DNA of 64,000 nt from the human T2T-CHM13v2.0 reference genome, Homo sapiens. Below, piece after piece: positions 14,825-30,668 of the stretch. Made by a program: the position numbers and the translations under genes. Position 1 is the first letter of the stretch; the number at the start of each line of letters is the position of its first letter. The DNA lies in the NCBI RefSeq assembly GCF_009914755.1, contig NC_060926.1; one strand, given 5' to 3'. A model generated the notes under the pieces. That model was not told the DNA's origin and ran no database searches. It was given only the letters and a program-made list of their open reading frames with translations.

Positions 14825-15134
14825 GCCTTCTGAAGGCATCCAGTTCCTGCCAATCATCTACCCAGCTACCTATCTGCTTGAATTCCCCTAGGTGCTTGCT
14901 AGTAGAAAGGTGGAAGAAAATTTCCCAGACTATCTCCAGGTAACCAAGGAGGTGACAGTTTGGGAAGCTTACAGAAAGCTCCATGGAGACAGAATTTTAA
15001 ATAAGCTGGAGTCCCATGTAATTAAAATAATTTTGAATTAAAACTACCACTTCAGTAATTGCTTTTATATTATAATATTTACTACCATTGCCATTGTGTA
15101 ACTTACCTCATTAGCTACTGTTGGAGAAAAGTCA
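14825..15134 (+). repeat. Copy 1 of a locally duplicated ~310-bp element
   Basis: Aligns colinearly with 23285-23589; 31 nt identical at 14913-14943 and 23368-23398. Confidence 0.92.
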
Positions 15135-15926
15135 GTCAATGAATAATTAATAGGATGTGATAACCAAGGGAGTAATGGTGTTTAAAAACAGAGCTTGAAA
15201 GAAAGTGTCACCCACACGCAGCCCCATTAATAAGAGCCTCGCAGTCCAATGCCACTTGCAAGGAGGTGAGGCCCTGGCCCGTTGCCTCCTGTTATTAGAG
15301 GTCAATAGAAAAATCTCCTCAGCCTCATCACAGACGTGCACATAGGTCAGGAATTCTCCTTAATGGCAGCAAGAAAAAGCTTCCACTTTATCAAAGCAGA
15401 CAGTCCTTGGCACAAGTAACTCAGCAAAAATACAAATTAGAAATAGCACCCAAAGGCCAGCCAGGTGCTGAGGCTGCCAGCCATGCTTCAGAGAAAGTGG
15501 CAGTCTCGTGTCTGCCCTCCGGAGACGAAGGCGGGAGGGCAGCAAGTGGGAGCTCCGCCAGATGCCTCCGACCTGCATACGGCTCCACCCTACCGATTTC
15601 CAAACAGGCCCAGTGCTTGCAGCAAGCACCACACACACTTGACACACACAAGATACAGTCTCTCGTGGAAAATCTGGAGGAACGGTTGTGCACAGCTCCT
15701 GCTGGAAGTGAGATGCTTATTCTACTGTTTGGAAAGAGAGGAGATTCATTTTCAAGGAAGCTTTCTTGAAGGGCGAGATAGAATTTTGACTTAAGTTGCA
15801 TCCACTGTTTGTATATAGATGGTCTTTCAAGATCCTGACATTTTCTTATGCAATTTCCAAGAAAGATCAAATACTTTTAGAGAATACTTTTTTCTTAACG
15901 GTCTTTCAATCAAAATATCGTTTGCG

Positions 15927-16070
15927 TAGGGTTGCCAGGCAAAATACAGGGCACCCCGTGAAATTTGAATTTCAGATAAACAATGAAAAATATGCAATAT
16001 TAGGGACACATTTAGACTACAGAATTATTCATTGTTCCTGGATTTTTACTTGCTGAATCTGGCAACCTTA
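15927..16070. mobile_element. MER53 (palindromic hAT MITE), internally deleted
   Basis: Terminal inverted repeats TAGGGTTGCCAG...CTGGCAACCTTA; aaatttgaatttcagataaacaatgaa core. Confidence 0.88.
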
Positions 16071-16979
16071 AGTTTGCAATCTTTCTTATCCATCCAACAT
16101 AAAGATGTGTGGTGCTGAGCATGTCTGGTGCTGAGCACAGAGAGGGCCTTTCTTGGAGGGGTTGTGTATGGATTACTTAAGGAAGATAAATGACACCTGG
16201 AAACAGCATCAACATTAAACCATGTGCAGGAGATTTCCTGCTTGAAATTTTGCAAAGTGTCTTCTGGGTTGTATGACAGGATACTAGACGAAATGACAAG
16301 CGAGAGGATTAATTATAATTAATCACAGAAGGAAAGTTTGAGGGCCTGGGAATTCATATTTCAGGTTGCCAAAGCTATTTAAAAAGCAATGTAATACAAC
16401 AGTTGTAATGGAAGAACAGTCAGAAGATAAAAGTAAAGCACTGATAAAATATCATATGAGTCTATTTCAAAGTTGCAAAATTCAAGGTTAAAATATTTCT
16501 CTTTAGAGCTTTTGAATTAGTTGAAGGGGATGAAAGGCAAGCTTTATGTAACCACTTTTCCAGTGAAATAAAACCTGTTTACATCTTGGTGACTGAAACA
16601 CCTTCCAGCTAATTTAGAATTCTCAAGTGGCCACATGAAAAGATTAGAATTTCTATAAAAAGAAATGTCCCAGTTGCGTTCCAGTTCAGGTATAGAGAAC
16701 GCAGTTACTGAAGGGTCTTCAGTTCATCTGAGCTAGCTGAGTGCCACCCATCGGAAGCTGCTGCGTTTGGACACTAGAACATTAGAAGATGTTATTTTAT
16801 TCAACAGAACCAGCTTGGTAGAAATGTTGGAATTTAATAAAGACAAGCTCTCTTTGTGGTGTTTTACTGAAAGAACACAGTATCTGCAAACCTAGAGTCC
16901 ATTTCCCAAGCTCACGTTTGTTGTTGCCAGTTTTATTTTTACACTACAGAAAAGGTAGAAAATTCCTTTGGAAAGTCTG

Positions 16980-17258
16980 CCTCCCTCCCTTCCTTCCTTC
17001 CTTCCCTCCTCTCTCTTTCCTTCCTTCCTTCCTCTTTCCTCCCTTCCTTCCTCCCTCCCTTCTTCCTCCCTTCCCTTCCCTCCCCTCCCTTTCTCTCTCC
17101 TCCCTCCCTCTCCTTCCCTTCCCCTTCCTTCCTTCCTCCCTCCCTCCCTCTCCTTCTCTTCCCCTTCCTTCCCTTCCCTTTCCCCTTCCTCTTCCTTCCT
17201 TCCTCCCTCCCTTCTCCCTTCTCCCTCCCCTCCCCTCCCCTCTCCTTTCCTTTCTTTC
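16980..17258. repeat. Pure polypyrimidine/polypurine tract, (CCTT/CCCT)n
   Basis: About 280 nt of only C and T on the + strand, where the adjacent L1 poly(A) tail would be. Confidence 0.95.
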
Positions 17259-17261
17259 ACC

Positions 17262-19890
<2,629 letters not shown>

Positions 19891-19980
19891 ATGACTGCCT
19901 TTTGATCAGTTTTGACCCAGTACTGCTCTCACTAGGTTAATCAGCCATTTCAGTTAAGGCTTGGCCCTGAGTGACTTTTG

Positions 19981-20190
19981 TCAGTGAAGTCTCAGGATAC
20001 AAACTCGACATACAAAAATCACTAGCATTCCTATATACCAACAATAGCTGAGCCGAGAGCCACATCAGGAATGCAATCTCATTCACAATTGTCACAGAAG
20101 AACAAAATACCTAGGAATATAGCTAACCAGGGAGGTGAAGGACCTCTACAATGAGAACTACAAAACACTGCTCAAAGCAATCAGAGATGA
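19981..20190 (+). mobile_element. Isolated internal L1 ORF2 fragment
   Basis: gtctcaggatacaaa...aaatacctaggaata...gagaactacaaaacactgctcaaag; reverse-complement homologue of 18893-19098. Confidence 0.9.
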
Positions 20191-20276
20191 TGCAATTCCT
20201 CTGTAGACCCGATTACATAGACCCTCCGACTGTACTGAGTGCAGCTTTCCTTTTTTAGAACAGGCAGGTAGGATGG

Positions 20277-20658
20277 TGTCTCAGTCGGTTTGGGCTGGCT
20301 ATAACAAAATACCATAGACTGGGAGGTTTAAACAACAGACATTTATTTCTCACAATTCTGAAATCTGCAAATCCAAGATCAAGGTGCCAGTGGATTTGGT
20401 CCCATGGGGAGGCTCCTCGTCCCGGTGTGCGGATGGCCATCTTCTTGCTGTGTGCTCACATGACCTCTCCTTTGTGAGTGGTCTGGTCCCTCTTATTCTT
20501 CTTATAAGGGCTCTGATCCCATGATGGGATCCTACCCTTATGACCTCACCTAAATCTAATCACCCCCACCAAAGGCCCCACCTCCTAATACTATCACATT
20601 GGGGATTAGGGCTTCATTGTGTGAATTTTAAGAGAACGTGAACATTTAGTTCATAACA
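20277..20658 (-). mobile_element. MaLR LTR (MLT1A/B-like)
   Basis: gctataacaaaataccatagactggg...tccaagatcaaggtgccag...atcacattggggattagg...cataaca. Confidence 0.88.
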
Positions 20659-21206
20659 GGTGCTGAGATAGATAAGCTAGTGACAAGTACCATGTTTCAC
20701 TATAGACCCCCTTCTGAGGGCTGCCTATGGGGGCAAGTGTCCCCACACCTCAGAAACACTAACATCATGGAAGGGTGAGCTCAGGAAGACCCACATTTCT
20801 TTTACGAGCTTTGCCTTTTCTAAGGTTTTAGCATCAAGACTTCCAGGAGATGCTCTTCATCGGAAAGCTCATGGCCAGAGGCAAAGATAACACTGGAAGC
20901 ATGATGAGGATGCGCTGCATGAAGCTTGCAAAGGGGGAGGTTAACACGGAAATGTTAAATACTAACCACAGTGATGGCAGTGGTGTTAGAAAACATCAGT
21001 CTACAATAGCTACTGAACACCTGTCTCAGAATTAAAGACATGACTAGGATACAGTCTTTACTGCTTCCTCAATAAATTTACAACAAAAATAGAGATTAGG
21101 CCAGAGTGGGAAGGATTACAGTCCCAGGGAGAATCAACAGGCGTGCTTTCACATGGTTGGGGTACAGCAAAGGGGCCCCTGCCTTGGTGGAAAGAGAGGG
21201 GCCAGG

Positions 21207-21572
21207 TATATTAGTTCATTTTCACAGTGCTATAAAGAAACTACCTGAGAGTGAGTAATTTATAAAGAAACAAATTTAATTGACTCACAGTTCCACATGG
21301 CTGGGGAGGCCTCAGGACACTTACAATCATGGCGGAAGGTGAAGGGGAAGCAAGGCACGTCTTACATGGTGGCAGGAGAGAGACAGAGAGTGAGCAAAGA
21401 GAAAGTGCCACCCTTTTAAAACCATCACCTTGAGTGAGAACTCACTCACAAGAACAGCATGGGGGAAACCACTCCCATAATCCAATCACCTCCCACCAGG
21501 TCCCTCTCTTGACATGTGGGGATGACAATTCCAGATGAGATTTGGGTGGTGACACAGAGCCAAACCATATCA
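21207..21572 (-). mobile_element. THE1 solo LTR (THE1D-like)
   Basis: THE1 consensus through gacacagagccaaaccatatca; 5-bp TSD CCAGG at 21202-21206 and 21573-21577. Confidence 0.93.
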
Positions 21573-22014
21573 CCAGGCGTGTTCTGGGCTCACCTTGTAG
21601 AAGAAGTGACGTAGCAGAGAACACAGGGTTTCAATGGTCAGTGGAGCTGAGACAGAGGAGGGCATTTCAGAAGGAAGCAGCTACCAGCTAAGGCTGAAGA
21701 CAGGGAAACACTGTGAGCTGCTGCAGGGAGGCAGGCAGAGCAGAACACGGAGTGGGGCTCAGGCAGGGCCTGGCTCCTGGGAGTGCCTGGACGTGTGATC
21801 CTTCCCCTCGGCCGCCAAAGTCCCAGGACTAGCACTCTAGAAATGCATGTGCTCTTCTTTCCCAAAGAACCCCAGCCCCAGGTCAATGAAATGGTTAAGC
21901 TGGACTTCTCTCCACAGGTGGCCTGATTCTTGTGTGAACTGCCACCTGTCATGACACCCAATCCAGACAATGTCCTTTAAATTTGTCCCCATCTGCCTAT
22001 CAAGAGATTACCCA

Positions 22015-23092
<1,078 letters not shown>

Positions 23093-23284
23093 AAACCAGG
23101 ACACTTTTAAGAGTGAAGGAGGCACCACCTGTAATTATACAGAGGCATGGGCGCAAGCTGGGGTGACGGCAGCTATGGTCCGTCCAGGGCATCACACGGG
23201 GAGTGGTGCCACTGGGGCCTTCTGAGCTCCCCGGGGCTGGGGTTTGGAAGACCAGAGCGCCAGGCTTCGTTGGAGAGCAGAATA

Positions 23285-23589
23285 GCCTTCTTAGGGGCCC
23301 AGCTCCTACCTATCATCTACCCAGCTGCCTGTCTACCTGAATTCCCCTAGTTGCTCACTGAAAGATAGAAGAAAATTTCCCAGACTATCTCCAGGTAATC
23401 AAGGTGGAGACAGTTTTAGAAGCTCAAGGAGGCTCCTGTGGAAACAGGATTTTAAATTAGTTGAAGTCTCACGTAATTAAAATGATTTTGATTGTAATGG
23501 TCACTTCAGTAATTCCTTGTCTATGAAAATATTTACCAGCATTACTATTGTACACCTTATCACATCAGTCACCATTTGAAAGAAGTCAC
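23285..23589 (+). repeat. Copy 2 of the locally duplicated ~310-bp element
   Basis: Direct-orientation homologue of 14825-15134. Confidence 0.92.
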
Positions 23590-24184
23590 CAGCCACCCTA
23601 ACCATGGAGGTGAAGAGTTGAGAGTGAAGGAGGAAACGGAGTGTTTGACTTTATCCTTTATCACTCGTCAAGGCCAATGGCGAATCATGTCGCTTTTTGT
23701 TTTTTTAGTGCGACTGTACTACCTAGAGACACGGGCTATTTGGAATCAGCTTTTTGTTTTACACGCCTCTTTCCCCAAAATCATCTGCTAAGGCTTGACA
23801 ACAGTGCTGAGAGGCGGACGGGTGACTATTACTCTCTCCACTTGACAGATGGGAAAAAAGACTCAGAGAAATAAAGTCAGTCAGTCAATAGTCAGGGGTA
23901 CATCAGGCACCGTACACGTGCCGAGATTTGACAGGCACAAGCTGGGGTTTGCTGTCCATGGAAGGCAGGAAATGAGGTGTCTCAGCACAGCAGTGATGAG
24001 GGTCACCAAAAGGCAAGCAGATGGTGCTGTGTGGACGATGGCAATGCATGGAGGGCCTGCTGGGGGATAGGGTGTTTAAGCTGTAGCCTAACGTATGGGT
24101 AGAAGGTGGCCAGGTAAGCTGGAGGGGAGGAAAGAAAAGGAGCCAGGAAAGGAAAACAGCTCCAGGGAGAAGGTCCAGCATGTG

Positions 24185-24953
<769 letters not shown>

Positions 24954-25640
24954 ATGTGCATGCACAGGTGAGGGAGAATGAAACCTCTGTGACTGTCTGT
25001 AGTCACATGAGGCTATGGCAGAGCTAAGCTGTGGCTTGGCAGAGCCAAGGCTTGAAGGGGACCCAGGAAATCACTGGTGAGCCCTTCCGATTATTCAGGG
25101 AATCTGCATGGTCTCCACAGCCCTGGAGTTTCACTTCCTCATTGAGGCAAGGGAGTTAGATGACTGAAGGCCGGTGCCCAGAGAAACAATATATGGGCAG
25201 GGTTCACATTTTAAAAACCCATGGCATACAAAGTTGGTGTAGAGAAGGGAGCAAAATTTGTCCTTCATTTTCAAATGCTAGTGAATAGGTAATAGTTCTC
25301 CAGTCAGCTGGAATGAAGGGGAAAAGCTTCAAGAAATATGTCTTAGGAAATAACGTTGGCTTGGCACTCCCCTCCTTCATTATATGTCTAAACACAACCA
25401 TTGCACTTTTCAAGTTTTTTTTTTTTGTCATCTTCTATATTTAAGTGCAGAACACAGAAGGATGGTTGAAGTCCCCAGATCCACTTCCTTGGATAGAACA
25501 GAACTAGACGAGGTGTGTTCTTGCAAGCAGCCCCCAGCAGAATCCAGCCATCTGGGCAGGAGAACAGAGCAGCCCCTGGCCCCATGTGCAGTGCTCAGAC
25601 TTGTGCTGTGAGCACGACTCGAGGCAGAGCTGGATTCTGT

Positions 25641-25642
<2 letters not shown>

Positions 25643-25691
<49 letters not shown>

Positions 25692-25998
25692 GGTTGCTGT
25701 ATATCATGTATATGATATATATCTCTATGTACGTGATATATACACAACATATCTATGAATATGATATATACACATATCTCTATGTATATGATATATACAC
25801 ATATCTCTATGTATATGATATATACACATATCTCTAGGTATATGATATATACACATATCTCTATATATGATATATACACATCTCTATGTATATGATATAT
25901 ACACATATCTATGTATATGATATATATACGTATCACATCTATGTATATGATATATATCATATATACATATCATACATATACACATATCATATATGTAT
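25643..25998. repeat. (CA)n followed by an AT-rich minisatellite (~27-bp unit atgatatatacacatatctctatgtat)
   Basis: Directly visible tandem units with degenerate edges. Confidence 0.93.
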
Positions 25999-26287
25999 AT
26001 GACACAGGGTCTTGCTGCATCACTCAGGCTGGAGTGCAGTAGCACAATCATGGATCACTGTAACCTCTGCCTCCTGGGCTCAAGCAATCTTTCCACTTCA
26101 GCCTCCCAAGTAGCTGAGACTACAGGTGTGTGCCACCATGCTAATTTGTGTGTGTGTGTGTGTTTCTGCAGAGATGAGGTCTTGCCATGGCACCCAGGCT
26201 GGTCTCAAACTCCTAGACTCAAGCGATCCTCCCACCTTGGCCTTCCAAAGTACAGGGATTACAGGTGTGAGCTACCACATCTGGCCA
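25999..26287 (-). mobile_element. AluJ; tail replaced by the minisatellite, (TG)n in the linker
   Basis: Antisense Alu with J diagnostics (ctcaagcgatcctcccacc). Confidence 0.9.
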
Positions 26288-26384
26288 ATTTTGTTCTATT
26301 TCAAGGGCACTCAGGTTGATGGAAGAGGGATCTCTCAGGCATCTAGCTCCATCTGCCAGGCCCTCCCTGCTGAAGGCCACACTG

Positions 26385-26565
26385 CCACCCCTAAACCTGG
26401 CTCTACCCCCTACTGTGTTCATTAACCTTGGGCAAGTGGCTCCATCTCTCTAGGCTTCAGTTTCCCCACGTGTAAAATAAGGATACTGACATTTGTCCCC
26501 TGGGCTGTCTGGGGATGAAATGGGATGATGGCAGCAAGTCCCCAGCACAGGGCCTGGGGCAGCAA
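26385..26565 (+). mobile_element. MIR
   Basis: accttgggcaagtggctccatctctctaggcttcagtttcccc...tgtaaaataagga. Confidence 0.75.
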
Positions 26566-28763
26566 GCATGCAACCCTGAGAGACTACGAGGTCACATACG
26601 CCCCCCACATCTGCCAGGACCACATGCCTTTGCCAGAGAGGGGCAGGTTATCATCTGGCTTGGTGGGAACCTTCCAACAACAGCGAAGGCCATGACCACA
26701 GTCCTTCTGTAATTCCATTAAATAGTTTAGTGGCTGGGGCCATGATTCAAAGAGAACCTGGACCTCCTTCACGTAGTCCCTCAGATGACTACACCTTAAT
26801 TTGCTGTGCTTGCATTGGGTCCATGGTTATTTTTCTTGGCTTCTTAGCACCAGCATTAGCCAGGCTGAATAGGGGTTTCTGTCTCCAAAGTAAGATGAGG
26901 AACTGTGGCCTAATGTGGCTCCCTGACTCACTGGCTGGGAACAGGGTGAACAGGGCCACAGGGAGGCCATGTGGGGAGCTGCCAGGGCTTCAGACTCTTG
27001 GCCTGGGCTGGGCTTCATCGAGGCCCTGTCCAGTCGGCTGGATTGGGGCCAGTGAGCAGGCTTACTTTGTCTGTGAAATAGAAAAAGGGGCCATGGACTC
27101 ACCCTTCACAAGCAGTTGGTTCACTTCAACATTTTAATGGAACCGACCTGAAATTAATGAGCACTGTCACACTGAGTAAATACTGCCTCTCGGGATGAGA
27201 GCGGCAATGGGTAGAAGGCAGTGTGACAATTCAAACCCAAGGCCACGGACAATTACATAGAGGAAGTCTGTTCAGAATTTGGCGGATCGAATGGCTGTCC
27301 CCAAATAACAGGCATGCAGATGGCTGGAGTCTGATGCTGCCTGGCGAGGGCAGAGGCAGATGCTGCATTCTGAGGGCCAGCGAGAGGACACGACGTGGCA
27401 GTGGGCCAGCCAGCCACAGCCGGGAGCCAGCACAGGAAAGGGAGTTGGACGGAGTCAGAAGGTCAGGCCGCCCCAGTGAACAGGGAGCACATTAACCTTT
27501 CCAAAGCCACGGGGGAGCTTATCAGGCTCCAAAATGCAGTCATCAAAGGCCAGCCAGCCCAGTGCAGCCAAGGCTGGCCCGGGGCTACCTCTGGGAGCAG
27601 GTCACGGGGCGGCAGCCTGTGAGCGGAGGTGAGGGCAGGCCCTGTGCCCAGAGTGAGCAGCTGCAGGGTGGTGTGCTCCAGCTGGCTCTGGGAGTCCCAG
27701 GCTGGAGAGTGGAATGGTCAGGGTGGGACTGTTCCAGGGGTGGGAAAAGGGGGGAAATGGAGAGGACGGGAGTGGGTAGAGGGTGCTGGCCTGAAGGGCT
27801 CTTAAAGCCAGAGAGAACAGACTCCATGGGCTTTGGCCAGTTTTCTTTACTAAAAGGAGATGAAAAACAGAACAAAACAAAACAGATTTGATATCATGAC
27901 TTTAACTCCCATGAAAAGTAGTTAAGTAGTTTGGTTTTAAACAAAGCAAAACAAAGCAAAACACCTCAGTCTATCTATTGGCTTTAAAACCACCCACTCA
28001 TCACAGATGCTTTTGCGGCACGGCCTCCGCCCACTGCAGGCACAGGCATGAGTGATGAAGACAGTGGCACCTGTGTTCAGAAACACATACGGGCACTGAA
28101 ATGCATCTTTTTTGAATCTTTTTTTCTCCCTGTCACATATATCATTTGTTGCGTTTGGATTGCTTTTGAGGTCAGATCTGGCTCAATGAGAATGGGGACG
28201 ACATATGCAAAATTAAAAAGGGGGGACTACCAGGTGTACCTTCACATGGCATCAGTGTAAACATTCTAACAGAACCGACCACCAATTAACCAATCACCAA
28301 CCAACACATTCCATGCAGACAGCAAGTGCTTAATTTAATCTAAGTACATTCAAGAAGGAACAGGTGTACTTCTACTTCAGAAATAGATATTTTAAAAAAA
28401 GAAGTAGGGTAGACAGCAGTGACAAACACTGAAAACTATGCTAATTAAGTCTTCTCTCTCTTAATTCCAACTATGAGACGTCATGCGTATTGGATACTTA
28501 AAATTTTTTTGGATGTAAATTTAAATATAAGTTAAATGAACCATTATGCATTAGATACACAGTGTTATGTTGTCCTTGGTCTAGAAGGGACAGCTACATT
28601 GGCATTCAAAAGGAGTGTGACATAGTGACAAAGACTCAAGTAAAAATAATTTATAGCTTAGTGATTTCAATATTTTACCCCTGGTAACTTAATATACTTA
28701 GTCTGAGGATGAGTTCAGAAGAGAGGTAGCACAAAGTGGGATGACAACGGGCCAGAACCAGTA

Positions 28764-29038
28764 TTTTTTTTTTTTTTGAGATGGAGTCTTGCTCTGTTGC
28801 CTAGGCTGTAGTGCAGTGGCATGCTCTTGGCTCACTGCAACCTCCGTCTTCCAGGTTCAAGTAATTCAACTACCTCAGCCTCCTGCAGGTGCACACCACC
28901 ACACCCGACTAATTTTTGTATTTTTAGTAGAGATGAAGTTTTACCATGTTGGCCAGGCTGGTCTCAAACTCCTGACCTCAGGTGATATGCCCACCTCGAC
29001 CTCCCAAAGTGCTGGGATTACAGGCGTGAGCCACTGGC
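28764..29038 (-). mobile_element. AluS with a small internal deletion
   Basis: Antisense Alu; TSD agaaccagt. Confidence 0.93.
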
Positions 29039-30349
29039 CAGAACCAGTTGTCTTTTCACTGCCTCTAGGGACAGTCTGGTTCCCTTTGGCCCTTTCCTGT
29101 GTTCGCAGACTGCAGCGAGGCTGGGGGACTCCGGTGGTGGGGGTGGGGGACTCTGGTGGTGCGGGTTAGTTTTTCTCGTCTGTGGTCACAGACACCTGGC
29201 TAAGGAGCAGGGGAGGGGTGGTGGGTGGGGCTGTGCCCAGCTGTCCCCCCGCCCACAGAGGATCTAAGTAACTTGCAGGAAGTCTTCTCCACTAGCAGAG
29301 AAGGAAAGGACGCATGTCCAGGCTAAAACTCCAGCACCTCAAACCCAGGAAAGAGAACATGGGATTCCCAGCCCAGGCCTATGAGAAAGGGGGCATCTGG
29401 AAGAACCTGGGAAACTGGCATCTGCAGGATGTTTGCTCTTACCCCCCACCGCCTGTTTTTCCTGTTTTTAATTCTGGAAACATACACATAACATCAAATT
29501 GGCCAAGGGTGTCCAGTTAGGTGGCATTAAGTACATGTATGTTGTTGTGCAGCCTAGACCACTATCATTCTTTCTGAAAGAGATCAAAACTCTTCTAACT
29601 GTGCCCCAGATCAAGTCACCCCATGTGTTTCTGCAGGCTCGTGGGAATTGTGAACATTGACTTGAATGGGTTAAAACTGAATTTCACCCGGAGGAGCCTT
29701 GGGCTGTGGCCTCCTTACCAGACATCAGGCAGCGAGTCTGTATTAGTCCTCAGGAATCCCTGGCCACTAAACCATCTTAAAGGGCAATTAGTGGCTTTAT
29801 ACAACTCGTTATTTATTTACTCAAAAGACTGTATCCTCAGCCTGCTCTCTTCTTCTATTGTGTAAAATACATATTTGGGACCTTTTAAAATGTGTGTTAT
29901 GTACCTGATAGAACTCAATGGCTTCTCTGGAGCCATTCTGTTTTATTGTGGAAATTAGTACTAGGGGGGCTTTTAAAAGCTGATTTTTAGACCCGACAGC
30001 CTGCGTTTGTTCACGTTAATGCAGTGGATTGAGCTAACAGCCACCAAAGGGCTGTGAGGGACACCTCTGTGGCCTCTCTGTTGGAGCAGTGAGGCCAAGG
30101 GGCTCCACTTTTGTGACTATAGATGGTACTTGCTGGGCCTGTTAGAGAGGAGAGGACTGCATGGAGACTCAGTTGGCACTTATCTCTCTTCACACTGCCC
30201 CCGACAGTTCTCTGCCAGGGCTCCCCCACGTTATTGAACATTACTGTTTGCTTTTGAAATAATAAGTATTATTTACTTTGAAATTATAAAATGAGACCAA
30301 TTCTTTGGAGATTAGCTGGAAAGGTGTCAGGATATGACCCAGGGTGACT

Positions 30350-30668
30350 TTTTTATGTATTTATTTTTTTAATTAATTTTTTTTTTTTTTGAGACAGAAT
30401 CTCACTCTCACCCAGGTTGGAGTGCAATGGAGTGCAATCTCGGCTCACTGCAACCTCTGTTTCCTGGGTTCAAGTGATTCTCCTGCCTCAGCCTCTCGAG
30501 TAGCTGTGATTACAAGGATGTGCCACCGCACCCAGCTAATTTTTGTATTTTTTTTTTAGTAGAGGTAGGGTTTCACCATGTTGGCCAGGCTGGTCTTGAA
30601 CTCCTGGCCTCGAGTGAGGGGAATCCTAAAGTGCTGGGATTACAGGCGTTAGCCACTGCACCCGGCCC
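30350..30668 (-). mobile_element. AluS
   Basis: Antisense Alu; TSD-like tgactttttt on both sides. Confidence 0.93.

Noticed and set aside
16307-16324. Perfect 18-bp palindrome GATTAATTATAATTAATC
   Set aside because: A 9-bp-arm AT-only palindrome is expected by chance in a window this size, though it could be a homeodomain dimer site.
25700-25998. Regularly spaced ~27-bp repeats, superficially CRISPR-like
   Set aside because: Head-to-tail low-complexity units with no unique spacers, in primate DNA.
28240-28265. Possible 26-nt minus-strand exon (ttag|AATGTTTACACTGATGCCATGTGAAG|gtacac) with upstream TGCATG; TGTAAACA resembles the miR-30 seed
   Set aside because: G-rich weak acceptor and weak donor, frameshifting, and no miRNA hairpin visible.
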